DNA of 35,167 bases from Candidatus Symbiothrix sp. (GTDB lineage: Bacteria > Bacteroidota > Bacteroidia > Bacteroidales > Azobacteroidaceae), in the NCBI GenBank assembly GCA_031284765.1, contig JAITXK010000177.1:1-35167 (forward strand). The letters are read 5' to 3'. The notes under the pieces are model-generated. The model was given only the letters and a program-made list of their open reading frames with translations. It was not told where the DNA came from and made no database searches. This document shows, in pieces, positions 29,980 through 35,167 of this stretch; positions within the stretch are counted from its first letter, which is position 1; each line of letters opens with the position of its first letter. The position numbers and the translations under genes were made by a program.

Positions 29980-30339
29980 TTAGGAAATTGATAATTTGGT
30001 GGATTGAAGAATAGCATTTAAAATACGAATAATTTCATCGCATTTGAATAGTGCTTCTGTTGCCGTATGTTCATCTAACAAGTGGCTATCTCTTAGTAAT
30101 CTAAGCCAATAGTGACTCTCTTTTGCTTCTTTATAAGCGATTTGATATTTATTGATAAAGTCTTTTTTCGTTATTCCTGCCGAAGCTTCCTCTGAATTTG
30201 CACCAACCGACGTAGCACTGCGAAGCAACTGTTTAGACAAAACATATTCTTTTCTATTTTCGGTTAAATCCCTGTAAATAACAATTATGAATAATGCAAA
30301 TTCATACGTTTTTTTCAAAATTATATTCTCTTTAGCCAT
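29980..30339 (-). CDS. Four helix bundle protein (23S rRNA IVS protein / bAvd-like family)
   Basis: 119 aa with EYVLSKQLLRSATSVGANSEEA, DFINKYQIAYKEAKESHYWLRLL and EIIRIL motifs; visibly more AT-rich than its neighbours. Confidence 0.88.
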   Translation of the reverse strand: MAKENIILKKTYEFALFIIVIYRDLTENRKEYVLSKQLLRSATSVGANSEEASAGITKKDFINKYQIAYKEAKESHYWLRLLRDSHLLDEHTATEALFKCDEIIRILNAILQSTKLSIS

Positions 30340-30343
30340 AAAT

Positions 30344-30426
30344 CATTCCCTCCCCCCCCCCATTATTTTCATTCTCTTCATTTCTTTCATTTTCTTCATT
30401 ATTTTCATTATTTCCATTCCCTCCCC
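30344..30426 (-). repeat. 9-bp tandem repeats starting with CATT (x7, plus one offset copy) and a C10 tract; right arm, inverted relative to 29907-29959
   Basis: cattccctc cccccccc cattatttt cattctctt catttcttt cattttctt cattatttt cattatttc cattccctc ccc. Confidence 0.88.
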
Positions 30427-31520
30427 TCTATCACCACCGCCATTCCGTCCCGCAACTGCATCATGCCCGTAATAATCAAGGTATCACCGGCATGCAATCC
30501 CTCCAAAACCTGAATGTCGGAAGCGTTGCGAATCCCTTGCTTGATTTCGATGCGTTTGGCTTTTCCTTCGGAATACAAAAAGGCAATTTTGCGCCCCATT
30601 TCCGCAATAATGGCTTCGTTGGGAATCGTCAGTGCATTCACCATTTCATTGGATTTGATTTCGATGTGAGCCGTCCGTCCGGGAGTCAGTTTGCCATTGC
30701 TGTTGGGATAGGTAGCCCGCGCTTTCAGCGATTTGGTTTTCAAATCAATGCGCGATTCTACGGCATACACTTCTGCGGAGTATTTATTCAAATCGGGAGG
30801 AACATTGAATAGAATATGCGTTCCTTGACGAACCTGGTTAGCATATTTCTCATTGACCGAAAACTCGATTTTCAATGGAATAATTTTGGTCAAATTGGCC
30901 ACCACGGTGGTTGGCGAAGCGTAATTTCCTTCGCTTACTTGTCGCAGACCGATGATGCCGTCGAAAGGCGCACGCAACTCGGTTTGGGCGATTCGGGCTT
31001 TGGCCAGTTCGATGTCGGCATGTAATTTTTCCAGTTCGGTGCTGACCTGTTCGTAGGCTTCCTTACTCACGGCATCTTTTTCCAACAACGATTTTTGACG
31101 GAAAACGCGGTCTTCGGCCAAAGGAATTTGTGCTTCCAATTTGCTCAATTCCGCCTGCAAAGGTTTATCGTTGATTTTCGCCAGCAAGGCGCCTTTTTTG
31201 ACGGCTGTTCCTTCCTTGAAATAAATATCCGTGATTTTGCCCGAAGATTCGAAGGTTAAATCAACTTCTTCATCGGGAATCAGGTTGGCCATGGTTTGAA
31301 TCACGTCCACCAGATTTTCAGGTTGGATAATTTTGACCGCTACTTGCAAGGGAGCGCCCTTCCCATTTCCGGCGGGAAGGGCACGGGAAGCCGGTGCACT
31401 CGTGATTCCGGACGAAACCGTATCCGGTTTCAAATACCTGGAAACGATTGGGTAAAAGGCCATTCCTAAAATAAAAAGAGCAATTACGGAACACAGAACT
31501 ATTTTTGTTGTCTTTTTCAT
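30408..31520 (-). CDS. RND efflux periplasmic adaptor (membrane fusion protein)
   Basis: N-terminal TM, ESSGKITDIYFKEGTAVKKG lipoyl half-motif, RAPFDGIIG and TIPNEAI. Confidence 0.92.
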   Translation of the reverse strand: MKKTTKIVLCSVIALFILGMAFYPIVSRYLKPDTVSSGITSAPASRALPAGNGKGAPLQVAVKIIQPENLVDVIQTMANLIPDEEVDLTFESSGKITDIYFKEGTAVKKGALLAKINDKPLQAELSKLEAQIPLAEDRVFRQKSLLEKDAVSKEAYEQVSTELEKLHADIELAKARIAQTELRAPFDGIIGLRQVSEGNYASPTTVVANLTKIIPLKIEFSVNEKYANQVRQGTHILFNVPPDLNKYSAEVYAVESRIDLKTKSLKARATYPNSNGKLTPGRTAHIEIKSNEMVNALTIPNEAIIAEMGRKIAFLYSEGKAKRIEIKQGIRNASDIQVLEGLHAGDTLIITGMMQLRDGMAVVIEGREWK

Positions 31521-31555
31521 GTGACACAGCGTTTAGTGAGAAATTCAAAACTTGA

Positions 31556-31563
31556 CAAAAATA
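31556..31563 (-). promoter_or_regulatory. -7 promoter element for the RND operon
   Basis: TATTTTTG on the - strand, 35 nt upstream of the ATG at 31520. Confidence 0.5.
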
Positions 31564-31634
31564 CAATTTTTTATGCAAGAACCTTGGGAAAGCGAGGTTA
31601 ATAAATTGAAACAAAGGAATAATTTATTCAATAC

Positions 31635-31662
31635 AAAAAAGGCTGCCCTCGCTAGGGCAGCC
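31635..31662 (-). terminator. Intrinsic terminator
   Basis: On the - strand: ggctgccct-agcg-agggcagcc followed by TTTTTT. Confidence 0.85.
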
Positions 31663-31718
31663 CTGCAGCTACGGACGCTGCTATGAAAAAAAAAATGAAG
31701 TATATGGTCTTTAAGAGA

Positions 31719-32048
31719 TTACAATGCTTTGAATATCACTCCACTGGACTGTTTTTTAATGAGTTGATAAATAATTTGATAGAATTCTATTTCTTTTTGG
31801 GAGTTCCCAAATTCATTTTGGGGGCTCCCAAATTCATTTTGGTTTAACCCAAACTCATTTTGGGAGAAACCAAACTCTTTTTGGGAGCTCCCAAATTCAT
31901 TTTGGTTTAACCCAAATTCATTTTGGGAGAAACCAAACTCATTTTGGGAGAAAGGAAATTGAGTTTGGGTAAATACATTTACCGTTTCGACCGCAGAAAG
32001 GAGGAAACTGTTTGTCAAAAATGGTGTGTCTTTTAAATGGATTGTCAT
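31719..32048 (-). CDS. Hypothetical 109-aa protein with 7-aa repeats (consensus SQNEFGF)
   Basis: Complete promoter upstream, A-rich initiation region (aaataaaaaATG) and terminator downstream; no recognisable family. Confidence 0.35.
   Translation of the reverse strand: MTIHLKDTPFLTNSFLLSAVETVNVFTQTQFPFSQNEFGFSQNEFGLNQNEFGSSQKEFGFSQNEFGLNQNEFGSPQNEFGNSQKEIEFYQIIYQLIKKQSSGVIFKAL
31785..31973. repeat. 21-bp palindromic tandem array (7 good + 2 degenerate units) with a 63-bp higher-order period
   Basis: CCCAAA-ttcat-TTTGGG-N4 units starting at 31806, 31827, 31848, 31869, 31890, 31911 and 31932. Confidence 0.92.
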
Positions 32049-32068
32049 TTTTTATTTCTAAAACGGTG

Positions 32069-32100
32069 CAAATGTATTGACAATTTACAATTTATGCAAA
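32069..32100 (-). promoter_or_regulatory. Bacteroidetes sigma-A type promoter reading into the 21-bp array
   Basis: -7 TACATTTG (32069-32076) and -33 TTTG (32097-32100), separated by 20 bp. Confidence 0.7.
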
Positions 32101-32133
32101 TATTCAGTGATTTTTTTGAAACCTCGTCCGAAC

Positions 32134-32231
32134 CGGGGCGACGTAACGTGGACGTTACGCCGAGCATCGTGCAAATCCGTGTTTTCCGTGTTATCCATGT
32201 TCAATACCTTTGCTCGGCGTATCGCACCCCG
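32134..32231. repeat. GC-rich REP/REPIN-like nested palindrome enclosing three 9-bp repeats
   Basis: cgtaacgt-gg-acgttacg hairpin (32142-32159); tacgccgagca (32156-32166) pairs with tgctcggcgta (32211-32221); atccgtgtt-like unit x3 at 32175-32201. Confidence 0.7.
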
Positions 32232-32310
32232 CTCCATGTAATACTTAGCCCTCTAATTGCTAAATCAATTAGTTATTACTAATTTTGCAAAACAATAAAA
32301 CAATAAAATT

Positions 32311-32862
32311 ATGAATCATTTTTGTAAAAACGTACTTATTTGCAGTTATGCGGTCTTCAGCCTGGCATGTTCCCATTCTAAGAAGCCCGCTGAATTGAAG
32401 CCGGAAGATGGCGCTCCGGTACAAGAGTTGTCTGTTGCTTCGCTCAAGGCAGCGCCACAAGTTGCTAAAGAGAAATTGTTGGACGCGATTGTTTCCAACT
32501 ATCAAGGACAGGTGGTTCTGGTAGATTTTTGGGCCACCTGGTGTACTCCCTGTCTTATGGCCATGCACGAAATCGCCCCGTTGAAAGAAGAGATGAAAGC
32601 GCAGCATGTTGCTTTCGTCTATATCACCGGCTCCACTTCCCCCCGTGCCGATTTCGAAGCACGCATGAAAAGCATTGCCGGCGACCATTATTACCTCACG
32701 GAGGAAGAATGGACGTATCTGTTGCAAACACTGGACATAAACGGTATTCCAACGTATCGTATCTATGATACCAAGGGTAAATTGCAAAACATGTTTACCG
32801 GCTATCCCGGAACACAGGAAATGCGGCAGTTGCTTGGCAAATATTTTTCACCCCAAGCCTGA
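32311..32862 (+). CDS. TlpA-family thiol-disulfide oxidoreductase lipoprotein
   Basis: Lipobox SLAC; VLVDFWATWCTPC; GIPTY cis-Pro loop; TAATTTTG at 32280-32287 upstream. Confidence 0.88.
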   Translation: MNHFCKNVLICSYAVFSLACSHSKKPAELKPEDGAPVQELSVASLKAAPQVAKEKLLDAIVSNYQGQVVLVDFWATWCTPCLMAMHEIAPLKEEMKAQHVAFVYITGSTSPRADFEARMKSIAGDHYYLTEEEWTYLLQTLDINGIPTYRIYDTKGKLQNMFTGYPGTQEMRQLLGKYFSPQA

Positions 32863-32921
32863 AAATTCCGTGTGAAAACAGTATCTTTGTCCTTCTCAAA
32901 CAAAATAATATTCAATTAAAT

Positions 32922-33938
32922 ATGGAAAACATCAATTGGTCGGATTTGACTTTCGGTTACATGAAAACCGATTATAATGTTCGGTCGTATTATCGAAACG
33001 GACAATGGAGTGAGTTGGAAATTTCAGATTCGGAATATATTCCGATGCACATTGCAGCCACCTGCCTGCACTACGGACAAGAATCTTTCGAAGGCCTGAA
33101 GGCTTTCAAGGGGAAAGACGGGAAAATCCGCATCTTCCGCATGCGCGAAAACGCATTGCGGATGCAATCTTCGGCACGCGGAATCGGGATGGCTGAATTG
33201 CCGGTCGAAATCTTTGAAAAAGCCGTGACCGAAGCCGTCAAACGGAACGAGCGTTTTGTACCTCCCTCCGAAAGCGGCGCTTCTTTATACATCCGCCCCT
33301 TGTTGATTGGCACTTCGGCGCAAGTGGGCGTCAAACCGGCTAAAGAATACCTGTTTGTGGTGTTCGTTACGCCGGTTGGCCCTTATTTCAAGGAAGGATT
33401 CAAAACTACGCCCGTCGGTATTTTCCGCGAATACGACCGCGCCGCCCCATTGGGAACCGGCATTTATAAAGTCGGCGGAAATTATGCAGCCAGCTTGGTC
33501 GCAGGTGAAATTGCGCACGCAAAAGGCTACTCCGCCGTGTTGTATTTAGATGCCAAGGAAAAGAAATACATCGACGAATGCGGCCCCGCCAATTTCTTCG
33601 GAATCAAAAACAATACCTACATCACCCCTGCATCAACTTCGATTTTGCCATCCATTACCAATAAATGTTTAATGCAGTTGGCCGAAGACATGGGATTGAA
33701 AGTGGAATGCCGTCCAATTCCTTTGGAAGAACTTTCTACTTTGGAAGAAGCAGGCATGTGCGGAACGGCCGCCGTTATCAGCCCCATTCAGCGGGTGGAT
33801 GATGTGGATAAAAATCAATCGTATGTTTTTTCCAAAGACGGCAAGCCCGGAGTTGTTTGCGAAAAGCTATACCATCAATTACGTGCCATTCAGTATGGCG
33901 ATTCGGCGGATGTTTACGGTTGGGTAACGCTCTGTTGA
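32922..33938 (+). CDS. ilvE: Branched-chain amino acid aminotransferase
   Basis: LHYGQESFEGLKA, LYIRP, KVGGNYAAS, ILPSIT and GTAAVISP motifs; TATCTTTG at 32882-32889 upstream. Confidence 0.95.
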   Translation: MENINWSDLTFGYMKTDYNVRSYYRNGQWSELEISDSEYIPMHIAATCLHYGQESFEGLKAFKGKDGKIRIFRMRENALRMQSSARGIGMAELPVEIFEKAVTEAVKRNERFVPPSESGASLYIRPLLIGTSAQVGVKPAKEYLFVVFVTPVGPYFKEGFKTTPVGIFREYDRAAPLGTGIYKVGGNYAASLVAGEIAHAKGYSAVLYLDAKEKKYIDECGPANFFGIKNNTYITPASTSILPSITNKCLMQLAEDMGLKVECRPIPLEELSTLEEAGMCGTAAVISPIQRVDDVDKNQSYVFSKDGKPGVVCEKLYHQLRAIQYGDSADVYGWVTLC

Positions 33939-33954
33939 ATGATAAAAAAGCAGG

Positions 33955-34839
33955 ATGAAGTACGCTAAAGAAACCGGTATTTTGGTCAAAGAACCAATGC
34001 CATTATCCATATTTTTCGATATTCATTTTCGGGGAAAAAGCCGGAGCGACATTAAATCAATGCTTGCGCACAAGCAAATCAGGGTAAACGAACGGCCTGT
34101 TTTCCGTTTGGAATATATGCTTCTCGAAGGTGATACGGTTTCCATTCATTCGGGGAAATCGGAATCCACGCCCCGCCTCCCAGGTCTGAAAATCGTGTAT
34201 GAAGATGATTATCTAATCGTGATAGAAAAAGAAGGCGGCTTGTTAGCCGTAGGCACCAACACCGGAAAAGAGGAAACGACGGCTTTCGGTATCCTGTTGA
34301 ATTACCTGAAAAAACAAAATCCACGCAACCGCTTGTATATTGTGCATCGTATCGACCGCGCGACTTCCGGACTGATGATGTTTGTCAAAAGCCCGGAAAT
34401 CCAGCATGCAATGCGGGACAATTGGAACGAAACGGTAACGGAGCGAGTGTACGTGGCAGTCGTCGAAGGGGTTCCAAACAAGGAAGCGGATACCATCGCT
34501 TCTTACCTCTATGAAAACAAGATGTTCAAAGTATTTTCTTTGCCGACCAACAACGACGGTTCGGGGAAATGGGCGGTGACCCATTACAAGGTCATCCGCA
34601 AAAACGAGTTGTATGCCCTGTTGGAAGTTGAACTGGAGACGGGACGAAAAAACCAAATCCGCGTGCATACGGAGAGTATCGGCCATCCAATTGTTGGCGA
34701 TATAAAATACGGGGCGGCTGTTTCGACTATCGGGCGGGTGGCTCTGCATGCCAAAGTATTGGCGTTTATCCATCCGGTTACGAACGAGGTGTTGCGCTTT
34801 GAAACGCCGGTGCCTCCCAAATTCAATGCTTTGTTTTAG
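33955..34839 (+). CDS. RluA-family pseudouridine synthase
   Basis: VHRIDRATSGL, LETGRKNQIRVH, HPIVGD and LHAKVLAFIHP motifs. Confidence 0.92.
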   Translation: MKYAKETGILVKEPMPLSIFFDIHFRGKSRSDIKSMLAHKQIRVNERPVFRLEYMLLEGDTVSIHSGKSESTPRLPGLKIVYEDDYLIVIEKEGGLLAVGTNTGKEETTAFGILLNYLKKQNPRNRLYIVHRIDRATSGLMMFVKSPEIQHAMRDNWNETVTERVYVAVVEGVPNKEADTIASYLYENKMFKVFSLPTNNDGSGKWAVTHYKVIRKNELYALLEVELETGRKNQIRVHTESIGHPIVGDIKYGAAVSTIGRVALHAKVLAFIHPVTNEVLRFETPVPPKFNALF

Positions 34840-35167
34840 ATTTTTGTACGCTCCATCCGAATTTTCCGATAAATTCGCCCAATCCGTAATATTTTCCGTG
34901 AGAATAGGCTAAGACTTTCGCGCGTTCCATGTCGAACGTGCCGGTTACCGGATGGATGTACTGCTCGTCAGCCAGGATATTGACGACTTCGGAGATAAAC
35001 ATATCGTGCGTACCCAAGGGCAATATTTCTTTGACACGACACTCGATGCTCAAGGGCGATTCTTCAATCGTTGGCGCACGGACAATGGCCGCTTTGCCCG
35101 GCGTGAGATTCATCTCCTTGAATTTATTGAAATCTTTGCCCGAACGAACGCCGCACCAGTCGGTGGC
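34823..35167 (-). CDS. Flavin reductase-like protein (DIM6/NTAB family), 5' end beyond the window
   Basis: Frame is open to the window edge: ATDWCGVRSGKDFNKF...APTIEESPLSIECRV...LGTHDMFISEV; 3' end overlaps the convergent rluA-family gene by 17 nt. Confidence 0.85.
   Translation of the reverse strand, partial: ATDWCGVRSGKDFNKFKEMNLTPGKAAIVRAPTIEESPLSIECRVKEILPLGTHDMFISEVVNILADEQYIHPVTGTFDMERAKVLAYSHGKYYGLGEFIGKFGWSVQKSKTKH

Noticed and set aside
29904-30017. His/Phe-rich N-terminal extension of the RND permease in the ORF track
   Set aside because: It is the translation of the 9-bp repeat arm and overlaps the four-helix-bundle gene; the family-typical start MNISELSIKRPV is at 29903.
29980-30339. 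Diversity-generating retroelement suggested by the bAvd-like gene
   Set aside because: No reverse transcriptase and no template/variable repeat pair was seen in the window.
31785-31973. CRISPR array interpretation of the 21-bp repeats
   Set aside because: Units are head-to-tail with only 4 variable bases between them; there are no spacers.

Overview
Core-genome window from a Bacteroidales-type bacterium (TAnnTTTG -7 promoter motifs, AT-rich translation starts, Bacteroidales-style gene order). Left, on the - strand: rpmH (missed by the ORF track), a PASTA protein, an RluD-like synthase, ddl and an acyltransferase. Divergent from these is the dcw cluster mraZ-rsmH-ftsL-ftsI-murE-mraY-murD-ftsW-[murG::murC fusion]-ftsQ-ftsA-ftsZ, which runs on into metF-holB-PSP1/RicT-gldH. 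Then come ruvX-def, ispE/ansA, an RND efflux pair, a TlpA-like lipoprotein, ilvE, a second RluA-family synthase and a partial flavin reductase. The unusual content is small and lies between genes. (1) A four-helix-bundle (23S-IVS/bAvd-like) gene sits inside the RND operon, flanked by inverted arrays of 9-bp repeats. (2) murG and murC are fused in frame. (3) A 42-bp internally palindromic tandem array lies between ftsW and murG. (4) A 21-bp palindromic array lies inside a promoter-ORF-terminator unit. (5) A 133-bp MITE-like element is inserted in the centre of a REP-like palindrome, and a covarying relative of that palindrome occurs 32 kb away. (6) Phased operator-like repeats lie upstream of mraZ. 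No rRNA, tRNA, CRISPR array, transposase or integrase was seen. All calls come from reading motifs by eye; no database search was run.
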